Assembly: GCA_035193785.1 (NCBI GenBank)
Contig: CP136572.1
Span: forward strand, 4,660,578-4,724,577
Direction of reading: 5' to 3'
Length of the DNA: 64,000 nt
From: Planktothrix sp. GU0601_MAG3
GTDB lineage: Bacteria; Cyanobacteriota; Cyanobacteriia; Cyanobacteriales; Microcoleaceae
A program made the position numbers and the translations under genes. The notes under the pieces were generated by a model. That model was not told the DNA's origin and did no database searches. It saw only the letters and a list, made by a program, of their open reading frames with translations. This document shows positions 24,587-35,013 of this stretch, piece by piece; position 1 is the first letter of the stretch; each line of letters begins with the position of its first letter.

Positions 24587-25760
24587 TCAAGTAAATAAAG
24601 TTAACTGTTGATATTTTTTAGGTTGAATTGTTATATTTTTTTGTCCAATTCTTTTACAAATCCATTCAATACAAATAGGAACAACAGCATTGCCAAATAA
24701 AGCATATTGATCGTAAGTTTTAGCGACTCGACACCAATTGTCAGGAAACCCCATTAAACGGGCATATTCTATCGGCGTTAATCGTCTAAACTTATGATCA
24801 ATTTGATATCTTTCATAATGTCTGGAGGTCGATGCAGTCAGGGTAGAAGCAACTCCATTAACACCAAAAATAGTATACCCTAACCTTGCACCTCCCTCTT
24901 GGTTATATAAAATTTCTACGCCATTATAATAGCGGTTGACTGCTTTACTGTGTTTAATTCGTTCTAACGTATCTGTGGTAAAATCAAATTGAGGCTCAAC
25001 TTCTGATTCAGATTGAAGAATATCTTTTAATCGGGTAGGGGGATAGATATCAGGAAATGGGGGAAGGGATTGACTATACATTTTATTTTTATAAGCAATT
25101 CCCCAAGGATGGTTTTTAATCTTTAAATCTAAAATAGGAGATAAATATTTATCTATATTTTCTAAATCAAAATTTAAGTATTCTGTCTCACTTTGATTTA
25201 AAAAAATTAAATTATCTTCTAAATTTATCGGGTTTAAATCAGATTTACAACGAGTTCCAAAAATAAAAATACGCTCACGATTTTGAGAGATACCAAAATT
25301 AATCGGACTGATAATTCGCCATTCAATAAAATAATTAAGAGACGCTAAAGCATTTAAAATTACTTTAAAATGGTGTCCCTGTTCCATTGTTAAAATACGT
25401 TTGACATTCTCTAATAAAAAATACTCTGGTTTTTTCGTATCTATAATTTCTATAATTCGTTCAAATAGGGTGCCGCGAACTTGATCTCTAATTCCTAATT
25501 TTTTACCTGCGGAAACTAAAAGGTTGACAGGGAAATCCTGCGGTTAATAAATCATGGTCAGGAATATCCGATATATTGATAGTTTGAATATCCCCTAATA
25601 CAATTGAATTTTTACCAAAATTACTCTCATAAACTTGACAACATAATTGATTAATATCATTAGCCCAGATCGTTTGAATTTGGCTGTCTTCTAGCCCCAA
25701 ATGGAAACCACCAATTCCAGCAAACAATTCAACCGCCGTCCGTTTTTTAAATTGACTCAA
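24587..25760 (-). CDS. DNA (cytosine-5)-methyltransferase; apparent frameshift ~25512
   Basis: ELFAGIGG (motif I), GFPCQPFS (IV), ENV (VI), QNRERIF (VIII), RLMGFP, GNAV. Confidence 0.92.
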
Positions 25761-25834
25761 ATTTTGTTTTCCTTGATTAATTTAATAATTAATAGTGCAG
25801 AATCACAAACCCAACCCGTAGGGCGAGGTAATAG

Positions 25835-26038
25835 TTATTTAGATGCTTCTGGCTTTGCTAACAGTAAGATAATAGCCCGTAGTAATGTACTTTTGCTAAC
25901 AACATTTTCCCCTAATAAGGAAATCCAAGAATAGGGTTTTGGGCGATAATTAGGAACATTAGTAGCACTACGAGTAAAAGTAATTATCTCGTTTTGAAAG
26001 CCCTTAATGTTATTTAAAGTTACGCTTTCCACCCACAT
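25835..26038 (-). pseudogene. N-terminal remnant of an AAA/ABC-type ATPase
   Basis: MWVESVTLNNIKGF start and a degenerate Walker A (LGENVVSKSTLL for GENGxGKSTLL); ends after 67 aa. Confidence 0.65.
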
Positions 26039-26086
26039 TCTCGTCTCCTTAAAATTTTGAGTTTTTTTGAAAATAGCACTTTACGA

Positions 26087-27596
26087 CTATCTTATCTCAT
26101 AGCCGAATTTGTTGGGGTCTACTTCGGTTAAATTCAGATCATTTAATCCATATTCTGCCCAACGTCGCGTTACCATTTCGGCTGTATCAATATCCGACTC
26201 TAAAGGTTTCTCCCCATTCGTGATTGGTTTCTGGGGGTATTTTTGTAGTTGCATCTATCCCCATTCTTCCCCCTAAACCAATTTTTTTACTAGCAAAATC
26301 TAAGGTATCAAAAGGCGTATCGGGAAGAATAAAAACATCCCTGGAGGGGTCAACTTTAGAACTAATTGCCCATACCACTTGTCGCGGATCTCTAATATTA
26401 ATCTCCTTATCCACAACAATCACAAATTTGGTATAAGTAAACTGGGGTAAGGCACTCCAAAATGCTAAAGCAGCCCGCCTTGCTTGACCTGGATAAGCCT
26501 TATCAATGGAGATAATCGCGGCTTTATAACTTAAGGCTTCCATTGGTAGGAAAAAGTCTACAATTTCCGATACTTGCTGTCTTAAAATCGGGGTATAAAT
26601 CCGGTTTAAGGCGATCGCCATCATGGCTTCTTCTTTGGGAGGACGACCGCTAAATGTAGTTAAATAAATCGGATCTTGACGATGGGTAATACAGTTAAAT
26701 CTGACTAAGGGAGAATCTTCCACACCGCCATAATATCCCATGTGATCCCCAAAGGGCCCATCGGGTAATATTTCTCCGGGAGTAATAGTTCCTTCTAATA
26801 CAAATTCCGAGTCCGCCGGAACTTCTAAATCTACGGTTTTACACTTGGCTAATTGTACACCCGAACCCCCATATAATCCCGCAAATAACCATTCGGATAA
26901 ATCAACAGGAATGGGAGTCGCCGCCGCCATAATAATTAACGGATCTACTCCTAAAGCGATCGCAATTTCTAATTTTTTTCCCTTCTCCGCGGCTTTGCGT
27001 AAATGTCTCGCCCCGCCCCGCACCGATAACCAATGGACGGTCATGGTATTTTTAGATTGCAATTGTAACCGATAAACCCCAACATTCGGTGTTCCAGTTT
27101 CACAATCTTTAGTAATTACTAATCCCAAAGTAATAATTTTTCCCGCATCTTTAGGATAGGGACGAATCATCGGAATTTGGTTTAAATCAACGTCATCTCC
27201 TTGAATGATAATCTGTTGACAAGGAGGGAAAAAGTTCCGCCCGGGTTTAGCCTTGACGACATCAAATAAAACCTTACCAAAATCAATCGCTTGGGATATT
27301 TTTTTCGGGGGTTTAGGTTGTTGTAACATCCCTAACTTTTTCCCCAATTCCTCTAACTCTTGGGGAGTTTCCATATTCATTGACAAACAAACCCGTTGTT
27401 CCGTCCCCAATAAATTCACCGCCACCGGATAGGGTGAACCTTTGACATTTTCAAATAATAAACCAGGGCCCCCAGCTTGTAACATTCGATTAGAAATTTC
27501 TGCAATTTCTAAGTCAGGATCAACTAAAGTTTGAATCCGGCGTAATTGTCCCCGATCTTCTAAAAGTTTTAAAAATCCCCTTAAATCTCTCGCCAT
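26087..27596 (-). CDS. ubiD: UbiD-family decarboxylase (likely plastoquinone pathway); apparent frameshift ~26206
   Basis: NVGVYRLQ, DGPFGDHMGYY, GRPPKEE, GIDATTK. Corrected C-terminus ends ...FGYEIR* at 26087. Confidence 0.92.
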
Positions 27597-27828
27597 TGTG
27601 TTTAAGAATTGTTACATCTGCTTTTATATTATGACAGTTTTTGAGAAATAATGCGACTCTGTAGGAGAAGAATATGGGTAAATTCAATTTTTTTTTGAAA
27701 TCAATGCTATAACTGACTTGAGGGAAATAAGTAAGTAAACAAAATTAATTATACACTGGGTTGCTCTAAGGCCATTGAAACAAATAGAAAGCAAGAAATC
27801 GGATGTACAAATAATTTTGTGTAGGTAC

Positions 27829-28764
27829 TTAGATATCTTGAGTTTGGGTTCTGATCAAATTGCGTAGCCAGATTTGAAAGGGAACATGATCAGAATGCTT
27901 AGACCAAATTTGCATATAGTTATAATGACCCAAATCAATTGGGGGGTCAAATATAGTGACCCCAGCTATACTCGCAAATATCAAAGCAATCCGACGGGGT
28001 AAAGTCAAAATCATATCGGTTTGACCAACAATGAGGGCCGCAGATAGGAAATGGGGTAACTTTAACCTGACTCGACGTTCGACTCCCAATTCTTCTAAAA
28101 TCCGATCAACATGACTTTTAGATGATTTCTTAATTGAGTGAATTGGTGAGCCTGTAATTGTAATTAAAACGTGGGGCCAAGCAATATAGGATTCCAGAGT
28201 AATACCTTTTTTAATAATAGGATGTTCCACCCTGACAATCGAGACAAAATCCTCCGTAAATAAATGTTCATATCCAAATTCATTAGTTTTATCTAGGTCT
28301 ACTATCCCTAAACCGAGATCAAGCTCTCCACTTTTGAGCCGATCCAAAGTTTCGGGATGCCAGTCATAACATTCGATATCAAGATAGGGATTCTTAAAAG
28401 AAAGTTCTCTTAAAACCGAAGGCAAAATCACCGTGGTGGCGTAATCTGAAGCGGCGATCCGAATCGTCCCCCGAGCTAATTCTGGGATAAAAATTGGTTC
28501 TGTAACTAACTTTTCGATATCAACCAGAATGCTTTCTAGGGATGCTTGCAAAGCCAAAGCCCTAGGCGTAGCACGCATTCCCGCAGACGAACGCTCCAAC
28601 AAGGGATCGTTAAACATTTTTCGGAGTCGTTTTAAAGCATGGCTAGTCGCTGATTGACTTAAATTCAATTTTTGGCTGGCTTTAGTAACGCTACTTTCCT
28701 CTAGTAGAACTTTTAAAATTGTTAACAAATTTAGGTCTATTTGCTTAATATCGATTTGCTGCAT
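27829..28764 (-). CDS. LysR-family regulator, divergent from the crcB pair
   Basis: DLNLL...SVTKASQKLNLSQSATSHALKRLR..FNDPL helix-turn-helix; C-terminal substrate-binding domain. Confidence 0.93.
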   Translation of the reverse strand: MQQIDIKQIDLNLLTILKVLLEESSVTKASQKLNLSQSATSHALKRLRKMFNDPLLERSSAGMRATPRALALQASLESILVDIEKLVTEPIFIPELARGTIRIAASDYATTVILPSVLRELSFKNPYLDIECYDWHPETLDRLKSGELDLGLGIVDLDKTNEFGYEHLFTEDFVSIVRVEHPIIKKGITLESYIAWPHVLITITGSPIHSIKKSSKSHVDRILEELGVERRVRLKLPHFLSAALIVGQTDMILTLPRRIALIFASIAGVTIFDPPIDLGHYNYMQIWSKHSDHVPFQIWLRNLIRTQTQDI

Positions 28765-29029
28765 ATCTATAATTCAAAATATTCATGTAGCTAAAATAAA
28801 AATTTCTAAATTTCATGGGACAATGGCAAAGTATAGGTAAAAGTTGTTTGAATTTTAAAAGCGAACAACCTTTTTGGGAATAATGAAATAAATGAAACTG
28901 ATGTTGATAAAGATAGAGAATTTTTGCTTATCTAAAAACAACATTTTGTGCTTTTAGCTACGTTTATATCATAAACCTAAAATCCCCCAAAAAACCGAAA
29001 CCTACTTAGCACAGGGTGAATTTTAACCA

Positions 29030-29426
29030 ATGTCAGACATAACTAATGTTTTAGCGATCGCAGCCGGAGCAGTTTCCTGGGGCGCTATCTCGGTATCAAA
29101 TTACCGAATGGACAAAAGCCAAATTTGGAGCCAAATTTCCCTACGGAACATTTGTAATTAATTTGACTGGATGTTTGGCTATGGGTTTCTTTTTCACCAT
29201 TTCCAAAGGAATTACAGGCTATCCCAAAGAGTTAGATTTATTGATTAGAACTGGGTTTTTAGGTTCTTATACCACATTTTCAACCTATGGCTTTGACACC
29301 CTAAGTTTATGGCGGAATAAAGAAACCTTTCCCACGTTTTTTTATTGGGCTGGGAGTGCAATTTTAGGCTTAGGAGCAGTCATGGTAGGAGTAGCACTTG
29401 CCAAGCTTGTTGTAGTCCCAACCTAA
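29030..29426 (+). CDS. crcB: Fluoride channel Fluc/CrcB, copy 1; apparent frameshift ~29072
   Basis: GAVPGALSRY, FPYGTFVINLTGC, GFLGSYTTFSTY. Confidence 0.92.
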
Positions 29427-29488
29427 TAAACAGGTTGCAATTTAGCTGACAAAAAACCGCAAATAATCAATATTTTAGGTAAAACACA

Positions 29489-29896
29489 ATGGAATTTTTG
29501 AAAGGACGTTATTCCCTGGCGATCGCGATCGGGGCAGTTTTTGGTGCATTAAGTCGTTTCTATTTCACCGAAGCCGCCAAAGCAATTTTTGGCAAAGATT
29601 TTGGCTTTTATGGCACATTTTTCATTAACGTCACCGGCTGTTTATTGATTGCTTATATTTTAACCCTAGCGATCGAGAATATTCGGTTGATCTCCCCGGA
29701 ATTCCGACTGATGACGACAACGGGTTTCTGCGGTGCCTATACAACCTTTTCGACTTATGGGTTGGAAACCAATGGTTTTTTAGCCAAAGGAGATACCGCG
29801 ACGATGTTAGTTTATTTTGTTGGCAGTGCGGTAGTGGGAATGATTTGTGTCCAAATCGGTGTTTTATTGGCAAGAGCAAGTCTGCAAAAGACTTAA
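29489..29896 (+). CDS. crcB: Fluoride channel Fluc/CrcB, copy 2
   Basis: GAVFGALSRF, GTFFINVTGC, GFCGAYTTFSTY. Confidence 0.93.
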   Translation: MEFLKGRYSLAIAIGAVFGALSRFYFTEAAKAIFGKDFGFYGTFFINVTGCLLIAYILTLAIENIRLISPEFRLMTTTGFCGAYTTFSTYGLETNGFLAKGDTATMLVYFVGSAVVGMICVQIGVLLARASLQKT

Positions 29897-29968
29897 ATTG
29901 TAGCGGTTTGTAGTCAAATGAGGCAGGCTGACACTGGCTCTAATTCTAATTAGTAAAGGAGTTGATGG

Positions 29969-31034
29969 TTGAGGGAAAATATTTCTAAACTTCAGCATTC
30001 TGCTGTTAAAGCAGTAATCAATAAATTATATCTAATTAGTTGCTTGCTGACCGTTAGTTTTAGTTGCTGGATCTATCAAATTTTGCCAGTTCGTGCGGAG
30101 GCTTTAACCCCTCCCAAAACCTGTCAAATTGGAGTTTATTTGACATCATTGCGAGATTTTAATCCAGCCGAAAACTCATTTGCTGCCAATTTCTGGATCT
30201 GGAGTGTCTGTCCTTTTGAGAATATGAAACCTTTAGAAACCCTGAAGGTTTTAGATAGTAAGGAAGTTAGCAAAAATTACGATAGGTTTTCGCGGAATGA
30301 AAATCTGTCCGATCTATTTGGATCGAGTAAAAATGTCTTCTGGTCTGGACAGGAAATTGGCACAACTCTCTATTACAACTGGGACACAAATAACTATCCA
30401 TTTGATCGCCATGTATTGCAAATTATACTGGAGGAAACCCAGTTAGATGCTTCTAGTTTCGTTCATACCCCAGATTATTCCGGCTCCAGCTATCAGAAAG
30501 ACATGAATTTGGCGGGTTGGAAAATTACAGATTTTAAGATTTCTCAAGTTAATTTTCCCTATCAAACCAGCTTTGGTAATCCGTCCATTCAAAAAGATCC
30601 TAATTACCGTCGTTTCCCGCATCGTGGTTTCAGTTACGATTAATCGCGAGAGCAAAGTTAGCTTCTTTAAACTTTCTTTGGGGGTTTATGCTGCGGTAGC
30701 ACTGTCAATTATCACATTGCTGCTGGATGAAGATTTTGGGGATCGAATGGGTATTTTTGTCGGGACTTTGTTTGCGGTTTTAGTGAATATGCAAACAGCA
30801 ACATCCGAGTTAGGAAGTAGCAATTCCGTCACCCTAATTGATTTCATTCACATCATGGCAATTATTTACATTTTCATCACAGCTAGTCTGCTAGTTTATA
30901 CTCGATTTCTCAGCGAATCAGAACAGGAACAGTTATCACGGGATTTAATGCGGCGCTTTGCTGTTCCGATCCTGTCCGGTTCATTTGTTGTGCTTAATAT
31001 TGTCGTTATTGCTCACGCAGCGATCGTAGGTTAG
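29969..31034 (+). CDS. Prokaryotic pentameric ligand-gated ion channel (Pro-loop, GLIC/ELIC-like); apparent frameshift ~30612
   Basis: Signal peptide; beta-rich extracellular domain with IGVYL and FAANFWIW; Pro-loop NYPFDRHVL; GWKI; pre-M1 Arg; four C-terminal hydrophobic helices. Confidence 0.78.
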
Positions 31035-31163
31035 ATGAACACTCTAATGCTGAAAAGATTAGGCAATAATTTAGTTTCAGTTGTTGATATGCTATACTTT
31101 TTGATTAGGTGTAAGGTTTTAAACAACCCATACCGATTCTCTAAAATAAAATATTTATTACAA

Positions 31164-31622
31164 ATGCTAATTCTACTTTTCTACGCTGGAAAAGACCTGT
31201 TTGCGATTAGTAGTTCCTATATTGTTGAGGTAATTCCGCGAGTTAGTTTTAGGAAAGTACATCATGTACCCGAATATGTGGCGGGTTTATTTAATTATCG
31301 AGGGGTAATTCTGCCCGTGATTGACCTGTGCCAATTAATCCAAGGAACTCCCGGGCGGTCGCACCTCAGCACCCGAATTATTATTGTTAAATATCCTAAC
31401 CAGCAAGGAGTACCACAATATTTAGGTCTGATGGCCGAGCGGGTGACGGAGACTCTAAATATATCAAGTACAGACATTAAAGATTCCAGTATTCGGGTTG
31501 ATGAAGCTCCCTATTTAAGCGGCACAATCATTGACGAAAAACGGATTATTCAATGTCTTCAGCTTGAGAAACTTTTCAGCGATGAACAACACGCTTACCT
31601 GCTCATGGGTGAAAACACTTAA
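31164..31622 (+). CDS. cheW: CheW-family coupling protein (WspB-like)
   Basis: VEVIP, PEYVAGLFNYRGVILPVIDL, LGLMAERVTE. Start taken as ATG 31164. Confidence 0.9.
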   Translation: MLILLFYAGKDLFAISSSYIVEVIPRVSFRKVHHVPEYVAGLFNYRGVILPVIDLCQLIQGTPGRSHLSTRIIIVKYPNQQGVPQYLGLMAERVTETLNISSTDIKDSSIRVDEAPYLSGTIIDEKRIIQCLQLEKLFSDEQHAYLLMGENT

Positions 31623-31754
31623 TTAAACAGGAGTCCTATCAAATGTTAGTTTTAAAGAAAAGCAAAAATGGGCAATAGGCAATAGAAAAAATAACGATTG
31701 TCCCTCAAATCCCAACTCGTAATTCGTAATTCCCCATTCCCCATTCCTAATACC

Positions 31755-33354
31755 ATGTTTAACAATATTACTAGCCGCCTAATTCTGGGTTTTTCCGTTC
31801 CAATTCTGTTTCTAATTATCCTAGGCTCCATGCTATTTTCCGGCACAGAACACTTAGTCAAATTGCAGTCCAACTCCAAGGAAGTTGGTGATAACATCAG
31901 CAGTACCGATGCCTATGCTTACGATGTCGCCAGGATTATCGCTAGTATCCGAGGATATGCTCTTTATCCGAAAGATCCCTACTATCGCGGGACTTATGAT
32001 AAAGCCAGAGAAAGTATGCTGGAGAACAAGGAAGAATTGGCAAAGATTACTGATCCCCAGACGCGAGAAGCCGTAAACGCCATGATTCAGATTGGGGATG
32101 AATATGATAGCGTTTCAGCAGGTGTTTTTGCCCTTGTAGATGCCGATAAGATGAATGAAGCCAAACAACAAATTTTAATTCCTCGGATTGCCAGACTCGC
32201 TGAATCCAGCGATCGCGCCCATACAATTCTTGAAGCCAAACTAAATGATAATTTACTCCAAGCCCAGAAAGCCAAGCAGTTTCAGACTTTACTAATCATT
32301 TTAGGAACCCTGATCACGATCGCGGCAACCCTAGCAACGGCCTTTTTGATTGCATTACCGATCCGACGAGATCTACCCAAGGTGGTGAAAGCAGCAGAAC
32401 AGATTGCTGAAGGAGATTTACAACAAACCATTGAGTTAAGCAACGATGCGACCGAAGTGGGTAAGTTGACCACCGCGTTTCCACTATATGTCCAAAAAAC
32501 TCAATGCCCTGATTCTCCAGATGCAAAAGTCAGGAGTGCAGATCAGCACATCTTCAACTCAAATCGCCGCCGCCGGGAAAGAATTAGAAGCCACCGTTGT
32601 CGAGCAACTAGCTTCCACCAATGAAGTCAGCGCCACATCCCAGCAGATTGCCGCCACCTCTAAGGAATTGGTCAGAGTCATGGAGCAGGTGACACAGATG
32701 GCACAGTCCACCGCCACCTCCGCCGGAGCCAGTCATAATGACCTAAATCGCATGGAAACCGTCATGCGCGAACTTTCGGGTGCCACCACCAGCATTACCA
32801 GCAAACTAGGGGTGATGAATGAAAAGGCAAATAATATTAATAGCGTGGTGACTACTATTAATAAAGTGGCTGACCAGACTAACCTGCTTTCGCTGAATGC
32901 GGCGATCGAAGCCGAAAAAGCCGGGGAATATGGGGCGGGGTTTGCGGTGGTTGCTAGAGAAATCCGGCGCTTGGCCGATCAAACCGCCGTCGCCACCTTA
33001 GAAATTGCCCAGATGATTAAAGAGATGCAATCGGCCGTTTCTTCCGGTGTAATGGAAATGGATAAATTCAGTAAATCAGTGGTTGATAGCGTTGCCGACG
33101 TCAGCAAAATTAGCGAGCGGGTGACTCAGGTAATTGAGCAAGTACAAGGATTGACCCCCCGCTTCGAGCGAGTGAGTCAGAGCATTGAGGAACAATCCCA
33201 GGGAGCGCAACAAATTAGTGAAGCCATGGGCCAACTTAGTCAAGCATCCCAGCAGACAGTAGACTCTTTACGAGAGACAAACAGTGCTGTAGAAAGACTT
33301 GACGAGGCGGCAAATGGATTACGCAGAGAAATTGCTAAGTTCAAAACCGCCTAA
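31755..33354 (+). CDS. Methyl-accepting chemotaxis protein 1 (WspA-like); apparent frameshift ~32477
   Basis: TM, helical periplasmic domain, TM, HAMP, then hairpin [34 protein letters not shown]. Confidence 0.92.
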
Positions 33355-33368
33355 GCTGGAATATAGAA

Positions 33369-33490
33369 ACTCTTGCAATAGGGAAGAAATAATTCATTCT
33401 TCCTACTCCCCTGCTCCCCCTACCCCCCCTGCTCCCTCTGCTCCCCTGCCCCCCCTGCTCCCTCTGCTCCCCTGCCCCCCCTGCCCCCCA
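33369..33490. repeat. Composite repeat: ACTCTTGCAATAGGG head plus C-rich tandem array
   Basis: Visible directly; inverted partner at 37486..37589. Confidence 0.8.
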
Positions 33491-33507
33491 GGGCTGTTTC
33501 ATTCTTT

Positions 33508-33596
33508 GTAGGGGCAATCCCCCCGTGGTTGCCCCAATCCCTGAAACGCCTGCAAATCTTGGATGGGGAGGGTAGGCACGGGGGCACTACCCCTAC
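33508..33596. repeat. GTAG-footed REP pair (second family)
   Basis: GTAGGGGCAATCCCCCGTGGTTGCCC...GGGTAGGCACGGGGGCACTACCCCTAC. Confidence 0.75.
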
Positions 33597-33659
33597 AAAA
33601 CCCTGGTTTCCCTGAGAATGAAACAGCCCTGCCCCTGCCCCCCCCTGCCCCCCTGTTAT

Positions 33660-35012
33660 ATGGTATTAGATAAAATCGCCAGATTATTAAGCCAAACCAT
33701 CGGCTTAGATCCCGATATCGTCAGCCCACATCAGATTGCTAGATCGGTCGAGACTCGTCGAGTCAGATGTAAATTACCAGATCAGTCGAGCTATTGGGCA
33801 AAGTTACAAACCTCCGCGACCGAATTGGAGGAATTGATCGAAATCCTGATCGTTCCCGAAACTTGGTTTTTCCGAGATGGTAAACCCTTTGATTACCTCA
33901 AAACTTATGTCACCTCAGAATGGCGACCGTCGCCAAACCGCAATATTCTGCAAGTGCTGAGTGTACCATCCTCTACGGGGGAAGAACCCTACTCCATGGC
34001 GATTACCCTATTAGAAGCGGGTCTAAATCCTAAACAATTCGAGATTGATGCCATAGATATTAGCCATCGATCGCTTGCCAAAGCTAGGCAGGGAGTCTAT
34101 ACCAAAAATTCCTTTCGGGGCGAGGACTGGAAGTCGCGATCGCGCTATTTTCAACAAACGGATCAGGGTTATGAACTCTCTGAATCTATTCGTAAGCTGG
34201 TCAATTTTCAGCAGGGGAATGTGATGACCTCTCTTGCCCGCACTCAAAAGCAATACGACATTATCTTCTGTCGTAACCTATTGATATATCTGAAATCCGA
34301 AGCTTGCTCACAGGTATTAACAGCCCTTGATCGCTTACTGATTCCCGGGGGGTTACTGTTTGTGGGAGCGTCTGAAACGGGAAAAATTGTTGCAGACCCC
34401 TATAAATCCGTCCGTCAGCCCTTCACCTTTGCCTATCGCAAGCAAGAGGGAGCAGGGGGAGCAGGGGGAGGAAGGGGAGCAGGGGGAGTTGGGGGAGCAG
34501 GGGGAGTTGGGGGAGCAGGGGGAGTTGGGGGAGTTGGGGGAGTTGGGGGAGCAGGGGGAGTTGGGGGAGTTGGGGGAGTTGGGGGAGCAGGGGGAGCAGG
34601 GGAGAAGGGGAGAAGGGGCGAAATAATTAACACCCCGACACCTATTAACTTTCAACCGTCAACCGTTAACCATGAACCAGCCCTGAATTTACAAGCCGTG
34701 AGACAAATGGCGGATGAAGGGCGACTAGCAGAAGCAACTAGCCTTTGTCAGACCTATTTGATTGATCATCCCACCAGTGCGGATGCCTATGTTCTTTTAG
34801 GGGAGTTATATCAGGCTAACCAACAAAACGGGCAGGCGGAAAAGTCCTTTCAACGGGCTATCTACCTCGATCCCAATTCCTATCCCGCCCTAGTTCACTT
34901 AGCATTATTGAAAGAAAACCAAGGCGATCCAGTCGGAGCCAACCTAATTCAGCAGAGAATTTCAGCCCTTGGATCACGGTTTCAGAACAGAATTTTAGAA
35001 GGGGAAACCTAA
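33660..35012 (+). CDS. cheR: CheR methyltransferase with C-terminal TPR (WspC-like)
   Basis: VPETWFFRD, SSTGEEPYS, YDIIFCRNLLIY; TPR with KSFQRAIYLDP; Gly-rich repeat linker. Confidence 0.92.
   Translation: MVLDKIARLLSQTIGLDPDIVSPHQIARSVETRRVRCKLPDQSSYWAKLQTSATELEELIEILIVPETWFFRDGKPFDYLKTYVTSEWRPSPNRNILQVLSVPSSTGEEPYSMAITLLEAGLNPKQFEIDAIDISHRSLAKARQGVYTKNSFRGEDWKSRSRYFQQTDQGYELSESIRKLVNFQQGNVMTSLARTQKQYDIIFCRNLLIYLKSEACSQVLTALDRLLIPGGLLFVGASETGKIVADPYKSVRQPFTFAYRKQEGAGGAGGGRGAGGVGGAGGVGGAGGVGGVGGVGGAGGVGGVGGVGGAGGAGEKGRRGEIINTPTPINFQPSTVNHEPALNLQAVRQMADEGRLAEATSLCQTYLIDHPTSADAYVLLGELYQANQQNGQAEKSFQRAIYLDPNSYPALVHLALLKENQGDPVGANLIQQRISALGSRFQNRILEGET
34449..34610 (+). repeat. In-frame 9-bp tandem repeat (GGGGGAGCA/GGGGGAGTT) inside cheR
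   Basis: Encodes (GGA/GGV)n; the reading frame is preserved across it. Confidence 0.95.
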
Positions 35013-35013
35013 T

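Noticed and set aside
28765..29030. Fluoride riboswitch upstream of crcB
   Set aside because: No aptamer consensus recognised by eye; a covariance-model scan is needed to exclude it fully.
31643..31675. Short ORF with a good RBS before MCP1
   Set aside because: It stops after about ten codons inside a heptamer repeat; possibly a remnant, no support as a gene.
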